DNA of 64,000 nucleotides from Carcharhinus longimanus (Eukaryota), in assembly GCA_030264375.1 (NCBI GenBank), contig JASCQW010000130.1:33034791-33098790 (forward strand). Reading direction: 5' to 3'. Position 1 is the stretch's first letter. The number at the start of each line of letters is the position of its first letter. The notes under the pieces are model-generated. The model searched no databases. It was not told the DNA's origin and worked only from the letters and a program-made list of their open reading frames with translations. This document shows positions 25,290-39,000 of the stretch, in pieces. The position numbers and the translations under genes are program-made.

Positions 25290-26140
25290 TGAAGCAATTT
25301 TCCCCCCAAAAAAAGCTAAGTGTCTAACAGATGGAAAAATGAGAGATCTTCCCACTCGTGTTTTGGGTCAACTTAATTGATTAAATTTCTGGTGCTCCGT
25401 TTCACGCCAGTAGTAGTGGGGGAAGGTCTAAGTAGCGTGCTGAGTGGGCCACTGCACATTTGCTGAGCCCCCGATGGCTTAGCTAACCTCTCTCCACACT
25501 ACCCCCACCGCTCTGCTGATTGCCAGCCCCAACACCTCACCGCTCCCCCCCCATGGTCGGCCCTGCCGCCACACCCCCAAATTGCTGGTCTCCCGACCCT
25601 CAGCCCCCCCACGAAGCCCAGTGCCAATCACCCTCTCCCCACGGCCATCCCCTTTCCTCACTCACCGATTGCTGTGTAGTGTGCACAGCAGTTTTGCCCC
25701 CACACTACAGATCAGCTAAAACCCAGTCAGGCCCTGCCCCTCAAGCCCCACCCCTTGGCACTGCCTAGGGCCCAGTGAGCAGTGACAGGGCCTGGTGAGC
25801 AGTGTCAGGGGGGAAGGGGGGTTCTCAATGACCTTTTACCCCACCAGGAAGGCCACGACACCTGGCCCCCATTGCTGGGGACCAGCTTTAATCCCTGCTG
25901 GCAGGAATATCCCCCAGAGTGGTCAGAAACATTAGCAAGCCTGGACAACACCACCCCGAACCAATGAGATGGAAATGTCAATTTCCATATTGTAATCAGC
26001 CTCATGCTGTTTTTATGAGGCTTATTACACCATAGAAAATGGCCCATGGAGGTCATGACCTCCCATTTCAACCCTCCTGCTGACATTTTCCAGTCTACTG
26101 CGTTATACGCGCAGTGCAGCGGGCTGGGAAAATCACACCC
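25290..26140. mobile_element. GC-rich non-autonomous MITE-like element
   Basis: Ends GCAATTTTCCC and GGGAAAATCACACCC. Internal CCCCTTGGCACTGCC motifs are shared with 11498-12230 and 60380-60960. Confidence 0.5.
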
Positions 26141-27869
26141 CAGGTGTTTTAAATTTGTCTGACCATTAAAAATTCTAATTCTCAAAATAAAATTTATGTT
26201 CTGATGATGTATGAATCATAAAATAGATACCCATAACAGAATATTAAGGGTGTCGCGGAATATGAGGATATGAGCGAAGGTGAAGATGGGGTAGAGATCA
26301 GCTATTACCTATTGAACAGCAGAAGTAGGCATACAGGTCCAAATGGCAAAATTCTGTTCCCATTTCTTCAGTTCTTAAGCTCTTATAATGGGACGTTGCC
26401 CAGTTACTGAGCTGGTACTCAGTGATAGGACATTACCTAGTTACTGAGCTTGGGAATTGCTTAGTCATTCAGTATATTTAAGAGATAAGTCAATAGGTTT
26501 TTGGATACTAAGGGAATTAAGGGATATGGGGGATGGTGGGAGAGATGGAGTTGAGATAAAAGAAAGTCACCTTATTGAATGACAGATCAGGCTCCAAGAT
26601 CCAAATAGCCTGCTCCAGCTTCTTATATTCTTGTGATGGGACATCACCCTGTCACTGAGCTTGCATGTAGTAAGATCATAAGAAATAGTAATGGGAGTAG
26701 GCCATTTGGCCCATGAAGCCTGCACCATTCAATAAGATCATGGCTGTTCTGATTGCGACCATAACTCCACTTTCCTGCCTATCTCCCAAAATCCTTAACT
26801 TCTTTGTTAATCCAAATTCAGTCTAATTCAGCCTTGAATATGTTCAATGACCCAGGCTTCAGTGCTTTCTGGCTATGATTCTGGCTGTAGATCAGCATGC
26901 GACAAGGTGAGTTCAGTCCCACCTAGCTGAATGACAGTGCAGCAGCATTGGAAGAGGATGAAGTGGCCAAGAGGCTGCAAACAGGTCAGAAAAGATGAGG
27001 AAGGATACTTTATCTTTCTCATTCTATATAGTATGCCACCTGTGACTTTTATAAAAACTGATTTGGACCTTTGGCATTTACTGTTCATAGACACAGCAGT
27101 AAAACATTGACCCTGGTAGACAAACTGAGTTTTTCCAGCATTTTCTGTTCCTATTTCAGATTTCCAGCATTTTGCTTCTATTTTAAGGCCTATTGTCAAA
27201 AGCTGACTGGAGGTTTCCACCTGGCCTTCAGGCAGCAGGAGGTTCTGGGGAACAGTGTAGTTTTCTGAAGGGACAGCCTCCCGGTAGCTCCCTGGAGATC
27301 TAACACTCCAGTTAGGCTATATGGCCCTCTCCACCTGCCTATGGACACATTGCTCTAGACCCTGGCTGCTAATACTATGTTTTATTTAAAATTTTAAACA
27401 ATCAGGGTGTCTCTCTTTCTCTCTCCTTACCTGAAAATACAGTCTGTTGTTTCTTCAATTTTGGACGGCTTCCAATTGGTCTGCCAGCTTTGAAATCTTG
27501 CCTATCATCCTTAATTGGAGCCTGTCCTCTGGTCAGTTCAGGAAAATCACAGCTTGGTGACTGTTCCCCACAAGTGCAATCCTCTGACCTCCATTTGATC
27601 ATCACATCAGGGTCCTGAAGCTTGTGGAGAACTGCCCCATGTGACTCTCAACCACAGAGACCAAGAAGGTCACAGCTTCAATATCAGGCCTGTGCTGTTA
27701 GCCGATTCCCTGTGGAGTCCTCATAGATTAACTCCAAATATTCACAGCACCCTATGCTAGGGAGAGAGAAAACCAATTAGACAACCTGCCATGCCTCCTG
27801 CTGTAGAACACTGAGCAAAGGAAAGGTTATGGCGGATTGTGTCATCCTCTGGGTGAGAAGTTAAGCTGA

Positions 27870-28760
27870 GGCTCAGCCAGTCCTATCTTGTGGTTGTGAA
27901 CAGTCCCATAGCATCATTGGAAGAGGAGGTGGCAGGTTCTTCCTGGTATCTGAGCCAATCTACATCATTGTAAAACAGATGATCTGGTTATTGTCACATT
28001 GCCAGTTGTGGGAACCTGCTGTGTGCAAATTTGTTGTCACATTTCTCACCTTATAACAGAAACTAGACTTCGAGGGTATTTAATTGGCTGTAAAGTGTTT
28101 TGGGAAATCCTGAAGTTGTAAGAGGATCTACATAAATGCAAGATTTTCAAGCATTATACTGCAGTGCAGTACTGAGGGAGTGCTTCTGTACCCGCTGGGC
28201 ACCGCAGTAGCTGAGGTGCGTTATAGACCCCGACAATCACATTTTGATTTGATGTGTCTTAAGTTTCCTTTGTACTTTTGTTTTTGTTCGGNNNNNNNNN
28301 NNNNNNNNNNNNNNNNNNNNNNNNNNNNNNNNNNNNNNNNNNNNNNNNNNNNNNNNNNNNNNNNNNNNNNNNNNNNNNNNNNNNNNNNNNNTTGATGTGT
28401 CTTAAGTTTCCTTTGTACTTTTGTTTTTGTTCGGGCTGTTCCCCTTCCTTTTGGGGAGCTGCCCCTTTCACTTTGTCCTAATTTAATTTGAGTTTGTGTA
28501 TTTGGTTTGACCAAAAAGAGGAACAGAGGAAGTGCTGCACTCTCAAAGATATCGTCCTTTGGATGGGGCAATAAGCAAAGCACCTTTTTGCCCTGTCATG
28601 CAGAGGTAAAAGATTGCATGACACTATTTTAAAGAAGAGCAGGGGAGTTTATCCCTGGGGAACCTGGCCTATATTTATCCCCTGGTCAACATCACAAAAA
28701 CAGACTATCTCATCATTATCATATTGCTGTTTGTGGGAACTTTGTATGTGCAAATATTTA
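27870..28760 (+). mobile_element. Two Deu-domain SINEs (AmnSINE1/SacSINE1-like); the second is interrupted by a Tx1-like 3' end
   Basis: Deu-like core GAAGAAGAGCAGGGGAGTT...CAACATCACAAAAACAGA...ATTGCTGTTTGTGGGA, with an insertion at 28185-28522. Confidence 0.7.
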
Positions 28761-30227
28761 TTTCACAATTATGATCAATAATTTGCTAGATCTTGCTGTC
28801 CAACCTTATTTGTTAGTTAGAATCTTCTGTGCCTCGTGTCAAATGAGGCACTTCTTTTTGGGGAGTGAGAATTGGAACTGTCTCCCCTGAAAAATTCTAA
28901 ATGCTGAATCAATAAATTCTTTACCTACAAATGCTGCCGATTAGATTCTTGTTTAGGTAAGTGTATCGAGGACAGGGAACTAAGGTGGGTGTATGGAGTT
29001 GAGGTACAGATCAGACACAATCTAATTGAATGGTGGTGGATTCAGGTAAAGGAGTTGAAGCCTGCTCCTGTTCCTAAGTTGTTGGAGGGATAATTTAATA
29101 TAGGCTGTGTATCTGGGGGCATAGATTGAAGCACAGCTGAGGGAAGTTGAGAAGATAGTAAGGATTTAACTACCTCTCACAAAGATATTTAATGGGATTC
29201 CTGTCCGCTGGTTGATGGGTTGGTGAGAGTCTGCACTGCCTCCTTTTGGGAATGACCACGAAATTATATGACAGCTAAACACTTAACTGAATAGTGTCAC
29301 ACTTTCACAGGGATATAGAATCTTGGGGAAGGAAGTTCTAACCTCAAGAGCTGCTGGCCAATCTGAGGTGATTTTGGGGTGCCTTAAATTAGAATAAGGA
29401 ATATATGGAATAGATATTCCCAGGGCATAGTAGCAGGTGAAAGTGTAGGCAATTTCAGGAAGGAGCTGAATAGATTTGTTTTGCAAAATAAGAGTGATTG
29501 AGGAAAGTATTGGGGAAATAGTTGGGCAAGGGAATTTAATTAACTCTTGGACAGGCAGCTGGTGTTTTTCATCTAAATTCGGTGTTACCAAGAATTTGGA
29601 TAAAAGGTGACTTGCACTAGAGGTTATGGGAAAGGGAGCAGATTGAAATGGCCAGGTATCTATTTATGTTGGGCTGGAGGAGCCTGGAGTTTAGAGCTAA
29701 ATAATGGAGATGTGACAATGAGAGTGTTTAATGGGATGGTGTAGAGTGAGTTGTACTCTGAATTTAACCTGTGCTGTACCTCCCTTGAGAGTGTTTGATA
29801 TGATAACCTTGAGAGAAGCAGTCCTTGTTCCAGTAAATCATTGCATTTTATATAGAGTTTACATTTGTCTAAATGCCTGACAGGTCTCCTTGAATCTAAT
29901 CAGCACATTATCACTGTGATAAACAGCTTTAATTGGCAACTTTTATTGGTGGTTTAGTGGAACGGAGACACTTGTTCCTTGCCTGCTGAGTGTCATATTC
30001 AAAGTACAAATCTTTCAGCAATATACAGATGATATCTGCCTGGAATACAACAACTTTTTCTTTGTGAAACTTAAACACTGGGAGCTGATTTTAGGAGGCT
30101 ATTCAATCAGCTCTCCATATTATGTGGTATAAATCAGTAGATTTGCTGAGATGAGCATCCAAAAACAAGACTATTAGGAAAAGCATTGTGTGGTCAGTCT
30201 AGAGTATTTCAACCAGAGAAAATATTT

Positions 30228-30563
30228 GGGCCAGGATTTTGTAACTCTGCTGCAGAGGATATGGTAGGCCAGCCAAAAGTCCATTAAAATTTCAGGGGGA
30301 TCAGACAATCCTGGTGGCAGACAGGTCCCCCAAAATCCCATCCCTTATGTCCAATTTGTACTGAGACTGATTAAATATATTGTGCAGAGAGAGGCCATCA
30401 CAAGGGAGCCATCTCTCTGAACGTACTGACTAAAATTCTCCCACCTCATTTGCCTCGCCACTGCTGCCAGTGAGAATGGAAAATTTGGCTCTGAGCCAAA
30501 GCTGCATTCACTGCAGCGGGACCGACGAATCCCAGACAGAGGTGAGGTCAGAGAATTCTGGCC
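30228..30563. mobile_element. Two short MITEs (30228-30344 and 30428-30563)
   Basis: Imperfect TIRs GGGCCAGGATTTT / AAAATCCCATCCC and GACTAAAATTCTC / GAGAATTCTGGCC. Confidence 0.5.
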
Positions 30564-31075
30564 ACTATCTCCTGTTCTTTCCCCAGACTCTTTTATGAGA
30601 GTTATGTTACAAATATTTATGCTCTTTTTAAGAACATTTTCCAGTTTCCACTTTTCCAAGCTTTCTAGCTAAGTATTCCACGTCCTTCCAACCCTGTGTA
30701 CAAACAGATGATTGTCACTTTCAAGTGCTGAAAGGTAACAGTCTGCCTACCGACTTGCACGTATCTATATCCCACCCCACAGTAGTGTGATTTTGACCAG
30801 ACAATTTTAGATATTAAGAAACATATTAACCAGAATGCCAGGAAAATTCCCCTGGTTCATTTTGAACAATGCCATGGGATATTTTATGTTCACTGAAGAG
30901 AACACTTTCTGGATATATATCTCATTTGAAAGATGCCACCTCCTGCACTGTAATATTCCTTTGGTACTGCACTAAACTGTCAAGCTAAATTATGCACTTA
31001 AGTTTCTAGAATGGGACTTGAATCCACAACCTAAGATATTACATCAGTAATAAAGTATGTCATACCCTGTCTTTT

Positions 31076-31260
31076 CTGATGCAATATCCTATTTTCCTGA
31101 TTTCAGTTCCTTTCTTTGCTGATATAGTATTCTATCTTTTCAAATACAATATCCTACCTTCTCTGACGTAATGTGGTAGCTTCTGCAATATCTTCTCTCT
31201 GATGGAACATTCTCTCTTCTCTGATGTGATATCCTGCTCTTTCTTATGCAATGTTCTAAT
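31076..31260. repeat. Degenerate ~22-bp tandem repeat abutting the exon-19 acceptor
   Basis: CTGAT-like unit starts at 31076, 31097, 31119, 31141, 31163, 31199, 31221 and 31243. Consensus ~CTGATGCAATATCCTNTCTTCT. Confidence 0.7.
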
Positions 31261-31270
31261 TTTGTTTTAG

Positions 31271-31398
31271 AAAAATTGGATGAGATCCTTGCAGCAGCTG
31301 ATCGCTCAGCCAGGACGGAGAATGTGGCAGCAGACTCCCGAGCTGCGACGGTCAAACAGCGGCCTACAAGCAGGCGTATCACGCCAGCAGAGATCAGT
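31271..31398 (+). CDS. SHANK3: SHANK3 internal exon (exon 19 equivalent), 128 nt, phase 1-0
   Basis: Acceptor tttgttttAG and donor GTGAGA. Encodes (E)KLDEILAAADRSARTENVAADSRAATVKQRPTSRRITPAEIS. Confidence 0.96.
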
Positions 31399-32049
31399 GT
31401 GAGAAGCCCATTCACTTTTAACACTCTGTTTATCTCTGAGCATCAGTACTATGAGAATGTGCAAGGAATCATGGCGGGATTTCAGTTTCCCTTTGCTCCC
31501 AATGGATAAGAGCAGCTCCGGTTCCTTCCTGCTTTGAGAATGACACTGTCCCAAGTATGTGAGCTCAATGAGAGCATGAGCACACATCTGGCTTCAAGCC
31601 GGGTTTTCTGGATTTGCAAGTGGGAAGCTGAGAAATAGTAACTCATCGGCAAAAACTAGCCAATTGCACAAGAGTGGACATGCTAGCTTCCATTTGTGTA
31701 TTCACGAAATGACAGTTTTAGAATATCCAACAGGACTTGAATTGTTAACAAACTAAAACCAATGGAATTGAAGGGGCAGTGGTGATACAGATGCAGAATT
31801 GTCAACGGGAAAAAAGTAAAGTTGGGAGTTGTTTTGCAGACTGGATGGAAGTATCTAGAGATGTTCCCCAGGAGTCAATATAAAGACAACTGCTGTTTTA
31901 TGAAATATATTAATGACCTGGATTTGTACATGCAGAGCATACTTTCAAAGTCTACAATTAAGAGACAATACAGGTCACATTACACAACTAAATTCTTTGG
32001 CCAGGTGGTTTTGTGGTGCAGTGGGTAGCATTCCTGCCTCTGAGCCAGA

Positions 32050-32198
32050 AGCGGCATGGTAGCACAGTGATTAGCACTGCTGCTTCACAGCTTCAGGGAC
32101 CTGGGTTCGATTCCTGGCTTGGGTCACTGTGTGGAGTTTGCACATTCTCCTTGTGTCTGTGTGGGTTTCCTCTGGGTGCTCCGGTTTCCTCCCACAGT
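32050..32198 (+). mobile_element. HE1-like V-SINE 5' part (runs into a gap)
   Basis: GCACAGTGATTAGCACTGCTGCTTCACAG...GGGTTCGATTCC head. Confidence 0.8.
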
Positions 32199-33239
32199 NN
32201 NNNNNNNNNNNNNNNNNNNNNNNNNNNNNNNNNNNNNNNNNNNNNNNNNNNNNNNNNNNNNNNNNNNNNNNNNNNNNNNNNNNNNNNNNNNNNNNNNNNN
32301 NNNNNNNNNNNNNNNNNNNNNNNNNNNNNNNNNNNNNNNNNNNNNNNNNNNNNNNNNNNNNNNNNNNNNNNNNNNNNNNNNNNNNNNNNNNNNNNNNNNN
32401 NNNNNNNNNNNNNNNNNNNNNNNNNNNNNNNNNNNNNNNNNNNNNNNNNNNNNNNNNNNNNNNNNNNNNNNNNNNNNNNNNNNNNNNNNNNNNNNNNNNN
32501 NNNNNNNNNNNNNNNNNNNNNNNNNNNNNNNNNNNNNNNNNNNNNNNNNNNNNNNNNNNNNNNNNNNNNNNNNNNNNNNNNNNNNNNNNNNNNNNNNNNN
32601 NNNNNNNNNNNNNNNNNNNNNNNNNNNNNNNNNNNNNNNNNNNNNNNNNNNNNNNNNNNNNNNNNNNNNNNNNNNNNNNNNNNNNNNNNNNNNNNNNNNN
32701 NNNNNNNNNNNNNNNNNNNNNNNNNNNNNNNNNNNNNNNNNNNNNNNNNNNNNNNNNNNNNNNNNNNNNNNNNNNNNNNNNNNNNNNNNNNNNNNNNNNN
32801 NNNNNNNNNNNNNNNNNNNNNNNNNNNNNNNNNNNNNNNNNNNNNNNNNNNNNNNNNNNNNNNNNNNNNNNNNNNNNNNNNNNNNNNNNNNNNNNNNNNN
32901 NNNNNNNNNNNNNNNNNNNNNNNNNNNNNNNNNNNNNNNNNNNNNNNNNNNNNNNNNNNNNNNNNNNNNNNNNNNNNNNNNNNNNNNNNNNNNNNNNNNN
33001 NNNNNNNNNNNNNNNNNNNNNNNNNNNNNNNNNNNNNNNNNNNNNNNNNNNNNNNNNNNNNNNNNNNNNNNNNNNNNNNNNNNNNNNNNNNNNNNNNNAT
33101 GGTCTGTGTCCTGTCTGCTACATTTCCTGTGGTGGGTGGGGTGGGAAAGTTCCACCCCATGTGTCAGTTGCAGAACATTCAGAGAACAGTGATCATACCG
33201 TCATCAGGCTTAGTTGACTATGGAAAAGGATAAGAAATG

Positions 33240-35690
33240 ATCCAGAGTAAAAAATACTTAATTAGAGGAGAGACAAATTCAATGCAGTGAGAACTGATCT
33301 GCGCATGTAAATTGGAATCAAAGACTGGCAGACCAAACTGTAACATAACAATGGGCTGCCTTTAAAGCGGAGATGGTTCACATACTGTCTCACCACTTCA
33401 CCGCCACCTTCTCAAGGGCATTTCTCAACGATGTCCACAAGCTATCAATGAATAAAAAGCAAAGAGACCTGGGAATGCATGTGCATAAAGTTGAGAAGGT
33501 TGTTAAAAATCATATCTGGACCTTTGCTTTTACTCAGAAGCAAGGGCATTTTGCTAAACCTTTGTGTAACACTGGTTATAGTTGAGCTAGAATATTGGGT
33601 GGGATTTTCTGCCCCCCCCCCCCCCCCCCCCCCCCACCCCCATCCCCCACTCTCCTCGCAGTGTGTTTTGGCAGAGTCATCCTGCTGTTGGCCAGCAATG
33701 GGATCTCCAGTTTTGCCACTATCATTGGATTTTCCTGTTGTTCGTGCCCTGTGCCATGGGAAACATGTGGCCGGGGTGTGGGGGGAGGTTGCCATCGATG
33801 AAAGCAAAAGATCCACCAGTGGGAATGGTTGGAATGTTTTGGCTCTTGTGTTCAATTCTAGCACCAAATGTTCGGAAAGGTGAAGTAGCTTTGGAGTGAG
33901 TACAGAATAAATAAAGTTACAACAATATTAGCAGGGATGTTGAGAGACTGGAGAAACTTGTTCTTCTTGGAGTAGAGAAGAATAGGAAGAGGTTTTCCTC
34001 TGAAATCATGAACTATTTGTTGGAGTAAATAAGGTGAAACAGTTTCTGTGGCAGAAGGGATAATAACCAGGGGACACAGATTTAAAATGGTAAATAAATG
34101 AGAAACAATATTGGCAAAAAAATGCTGTAGAACAACAGGAAAAATATATTCTGCTAAATTATGGTAGGAAGAATGGGGAAATCTTCCATCTACTGGGAAG
34201 AATTCAGACTTGATGGGATAAAAGAATGAGAAAATTTTGGAGTGCAAATGCACCGATCATTAAAATGTGCGCCACGGGGTAGCAAAACCACAAAAAAAGC
34301 AAACCAAATAACTAGGGTTTATCTCTAGAGGGATGGAATTGAAGGGGAAGGAGACATTCCTCTTCCATTTTCGGAGGGTGAGAAAGCAGGAGGGGACAGA
34401 GAATGCACAAAAGTCCAAGATTGGCATTTAAACTGGTGGGATTTTCCGCTGTGATAGTCCCTGTTGCCTGCCAATGGCGTAATGAGTTTCCCACCATGAA
34501 AGGTCAGGAATCCCATTACAATACATTTGAATGTCATTACTGGGCCTCCCCACTGTATCATCCTCCCACATAAGGTCCCTCCCATTGACGTGAAATCATG
34601 TCAGCTGGGTTTACAACAGGTCCTGACAAATAGGGACCTGGTGAGTGGTTCCTGCTGGGGCCGCGCAGGTAATTACAACCCCCTTGGGAGAGGGTCATTC
34701 CTGGGCCAGAGCAAAGGACAATGTCTGTGGTGGTGGGGGAGGGCTTCTGTGTCCATGGGAGTGGGGCTTTTCTGTATCCATGGGGGTGGGGAGTTTCCGT
34801 GTTTGTGGGGGTGTGGTGTTTTCTGTTTCTGTGGGCGTGGGCAGTTTTCCATATCCGTGGGGTGGAGTGTTTTCCGTATCTCTGGGGATCTCTTTGTTTA
34901 ATTTTTTTGATTGGAGCACTCACCTGATCTCACAGGAGCGAACATTGCTGATGGAGTGGGCACATTCAGAACCCGCTCTGTCTGTATGATGTCGTGGGGT
35001 CTGTCTGCGCAACTTTTGCTTTTTCTAAGTGTTTTAAAATACAGCAAGAAAACCCGGCAAGGCAGCTGGTGGGCTGCCCTCTATTTTTCCTGCTGCAGGC
35101 AGCACTTAGAAAAAAAATCAAAACTTTCCACCTGAAATGTAAGAGAGTTATGTTAGACCTGTTTCAAACCTTGATTAGAACACTCTTAGCGTATTACACA
35201 TAGGCCTCATTGCTATTTCATAAAAGAACATAGAAGCATTGGAGGGGTTGAAGAGATTTACATGGATGATACCAGAACTGTGTAGGTGTACATATCAGGA
35301 AAGAATTGAAAAGGTAGGCCTCTTCTGTTGTGAAAGAAGGCTGATGGTTGACCAATGGAGGTCTCTAAAATTATGAAAAGTTTTGATAGAGTGGATACAG
35401 AGAGAATGTTTCCTGTTGTGAGGGACATGAACATACTGATACGCTATTGTTACAAGATAGTCAGCAAGGAATCCAATAAGGAGTCTGAAAGAAACCTTCG
35501 AAGAATGATGAGAATGTGGAACTCACTGCCCTAGGGAATGGTTGAAGTGAATTGATGCATTAAAGCTGGGCAAGCATTTGAGGGAAAGGGAATAGTTACA
35601 GTGGGAGACACAGAAATATGGTAGGAGGCTGGAGTCGACTGCTAGGATAAATGCCATGTTTCTGTACTGTGTATTTTATGTAATCCTATG
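33240..35690 (+). mobile_element. Patchwork of CR1 fragments with inserted GC-rich MITEs (about 33597-33815 and 34435-35130)
   Basis: CR1 3' RT remnants are split by elements starting GGGTGGGATTTT and GTGGGATTTT. CR1 tail at 35640-35690. Confidence 0.6.
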
Positions 35691-36589
35691 TAAACATTTT
35701 TTCCACAACAATTTGGATTGCACTACTTAAGAAGTGGAAACAATTGCAATAGTTAACATTACATAGCGAGTTCGATAAACATTTAAAGGCAATGAAATTA
35801 CAGAGTAACGTGGAAAGAGGAAGGCAGTGGAATTAACTGGTTAGTTCTGCCAAAGAACTGGCATACACACAATTGGCTGAATTTTTGCAGACATGTGCAG
35901 ATGGCATTAGAGAGAGGAGGACAGGAAAATAGTGGGGCGTCATGTACAGACAACTTCCTGATGCATTTCTGCTTCCATGGGAGCCACCAGGGGTGGAAGA
36001 GAAGNNNNNNNNNNNNNNNNNNNNNNNNNNNNNNNNNNNNCACAGCACTTAAGGACTAATGAGGGGCCATTTTCCAAGGAAACAGGACCATCCCACCATT
36101 AGAGTATCCCCTGCCACGTGTGGAGCTACTTTTTATCTAAAGCTGGTTTTCCAGCAGCAGAAAGGGGAGATACCAAAGCCAGAGACTCCATGCCCAATAA
36201 ATGCACCATCATAACGAAAGACTGCCGTGCTGCCAAAACCAATTGTGTAGACATATTCCTCCTCTACACTTTTGGCACCTTCAATCTAACATTTGAGGAA
36301 AGCTTCAGAAAAAGCATCCAAGTTGATAGCCTACCTACCAAAGCAATGCCAACCTCAACCGGTGGCATGTCCAGGAAGATGATGCCCAACATCTCATCAC
36401 AGCCACTTCTGGGTTTCTGGCACAAAATTGAGGTTGACATCAGTTATATAATCCAACTTGTAAAATCTAGCCTGTTGGATCAAATGGTCTCCTTATGTGC
36501 AGTATCGTTCTATGATTACAGAAACCCGTTTCCTGCACCTACACTGCCTTTACCAGATATCCCATTTTGAGTTGGGCAGAGGATCTTTG

Positions 36590-39000
36590 CCCAGAGAAAA
36601 TACTGAATTCACATTGCTTCTTAATAACCCTGCTGAGATAATTTTTCCTTCAAAAACATACTTGCTCTGAACTCTCTATCTCTTTCTTTAATGCCTTCCC
36701 TGATTTGGCACTTACTTACGTTCAAATTGGTGTTTCCAGTCCACTTCAGCCCAATAACATCCCAGTCCCAGGTTAGTAAAAATAGTTTTTCCCCAATCAG
36801 AAACTTTTCTTCCTGACCTATCTGTTCCCTTTTCCATAACTATCCCACCTGCCCAGCTTTATTCCCTAAAACTAAATCCAAAATCATCCAGTCACTTGTT
36901 GGACTTGCTATGTGCTGGCTAAAAAGTTCCTGCTGAATGTATTTGAAGTATTCTGCACCCTTTATGCCTTTCACACTAAATCTATTACAGTTAATATTAG
37001 GTTAGTTGAATTCTTCCATCCACAATTGCTGCCCTATTGCTTCTGCACTCCTCAGAGATTTGCTTATATCTTTGCTCTTTTATCTCCCTGTCATTGTTTG
37101 GGGCTGTAATACACACCCAGTCTTATGATTGCCACTCTTTTGTTCTTTAATTCTATCCATATGGCCTCATTTTATAATCCCTCTACTGTGTCATCTTTCC
37201 AACGACTATAATTGTTTCATTCATTATTATTGTGTAGATGGATTTCTAACATGACCAAACAGGTTCATTATCGATCTGCGAACCCTTCTTGTATGCCTAT
37301 GGCAGATGGTAAGAGTAGGAGAGTCTCCAGGTCAGCCAGAATTGTGTGGTAGTTCAGACGATTGAGTGCTGTGCTCACTAAACACATTGGAATCAACATT
37401 AAAATAAATTTATATAAATTAGTTAGCCTCTTGCCCATTTCCAGTGAAAGGCTGACCGCACCGGAAATCCAGGTGTCATAAAATCGTGACAGGCGCAAAA
37501 ACCGGTGCCGTTCATGCTAGCTGCTTTACACCCAATTTTACAACATTTTCCCACCGCAAAACGGGCGTAAACATGTTGTAAAATTCTGCCCATTGTATCT
37601 GCACCATCTATCAAGCGTCCATCTATTCTAATCCCATTTTCCAGCACTTGGTCAAAAGCCTTGTATGCTATGGCATTTCAACTGCTCAAACTTTTTCCTC
37701 AAGTCCCCTTCTAAATCTCCTGCCCCTTAAATCTATGCCCTCTGGTTATTGACCGCTCTACTAAGGGGAAATGTTTCTTTCTATTTACCCTATCCATGTC
37801 CCTCATAATGTTGTACATCTCAATCAGGACCCCTCCTCAGCCTCCTTGCTCTAAGGAAAACAACCCCTACCTCTCTTCATTGTTGAAACACTTCATCATG
37901 GGCAACATTCTGGTGAATCTTCTCTGCACCCTTTTTAATGCAATCACCAGAACTAGAGGGCACAGCCTCAAAATAAGGAGGGTGGGAGGGGGTGGGCAGT
38001 TTANNNNNNNNNNNNNNNNNNNNNNNNNNNNNNNNNNNNNNNNNNNNNNNNNNNNNNNNNNNNNNNNNNNNNNNNNNNNNNNNNNNNNNNNNNNNNNNNN
38101 NNNNNNNNNNNNNNNNNNNNNNNNNNNNNNNNNNNNNNNNNNNNNNNNNCAGATCAGCCATGATCTTATTGAATGGTGGGGCAGGCTTGAAGGGCTAGAT
38201 GGCCTACTCCTGCTCCTATTTCTTATATTCTTATGTTCTTACATCCTTTCTATTGTGTGGTGACAAGAACTGCACACAGCTGTGGCCTAACGAGCGTTTT
38301 ATACAACTGTATCATAATCTCCTTTCTCTTCTATTCAATGACTTGGCTTTAAAGGCAAGTATCCTATATTGCATTGAAGTATATACCATTTTCTATTACC
38401 AAACTCCCTTGTTGTCTTTTTCTAGCCTTTGCCTTCCAAACATACTAATGTTTTTGCCCTCCACTTCCAATTTTTCTTCCCTCTCTTCTGAATACACTCT
38501 CAGGTTGCCAATCCCTGCCAAGCTAGTTTAAACCCTTCTCAATAGCACCATCAAAACCCTCTGTGAGGATATTAGTGTCAGCACTATTGAAGTGCGACCC
38601 ATCCAACGTGTACAGGTCCTACTTCTCCTTCCAATCCTCTGGAATCTAAAGCTCTCCCGTCTGCTCCATCTCCATGATTTATCAGCGCAATCTTCTTATT
38701 TCTGTACGCACTGGTACGTGGCACTGAGAATACTCCAGAGATTTTTATCTTTGAGGTCCTGCTTTTCAATCCCTCTCCTAGCTCTCTGAACTCTGCCTTC
38801 AGGACCTCATCCTTTTTTCTGCTTATTTCATTGATGTTGATATCGATCATGATCTTACCCCTTCAGCTGCTGAGTGGCACCCTTGACCCTTGCCCCTGAC
38901 ACTGGGAAGGCAATATACCATCTTGGAATGTTATCTGTTCCTCTCGCTAATATATCACCTTTCATCACTGCTCTTCCACTTTTCTTTTCGCCCCCTTCCT
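36590..39000 (-). mobile_element. Decayed CR1 LINE pieces including ORF1 (SGNH-esterase-like), with nested insertions
   Basis: 38584-38850 (-) encodes EVLKAEFRELGEGLKSRTSKIKISGVFSVPR, typical of CR1 ORF1. A MITE sits at about 37250-37591 and a + strand CR1 tail at 37945-38240. Confidence 0.65.

Noticed and set aside
28248-28433. Direct repeat flanking a 100-N gap
   Set aside because: Same assembly artefact; the overlapping contig ends are duplicated.
31399-31509. 36-codon read-through past the exon-19 donor as an alternative C-terminus
   Set aside because: No recognisable homology and no nearby canonical poly(A) signal; the length is compatible with chance.
33612-33650. Long poly-C tract encoding poly-proline or forming a G-quadruplex
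   Set aside because: Homopolymer expansion inside a MITE, with no exon context.
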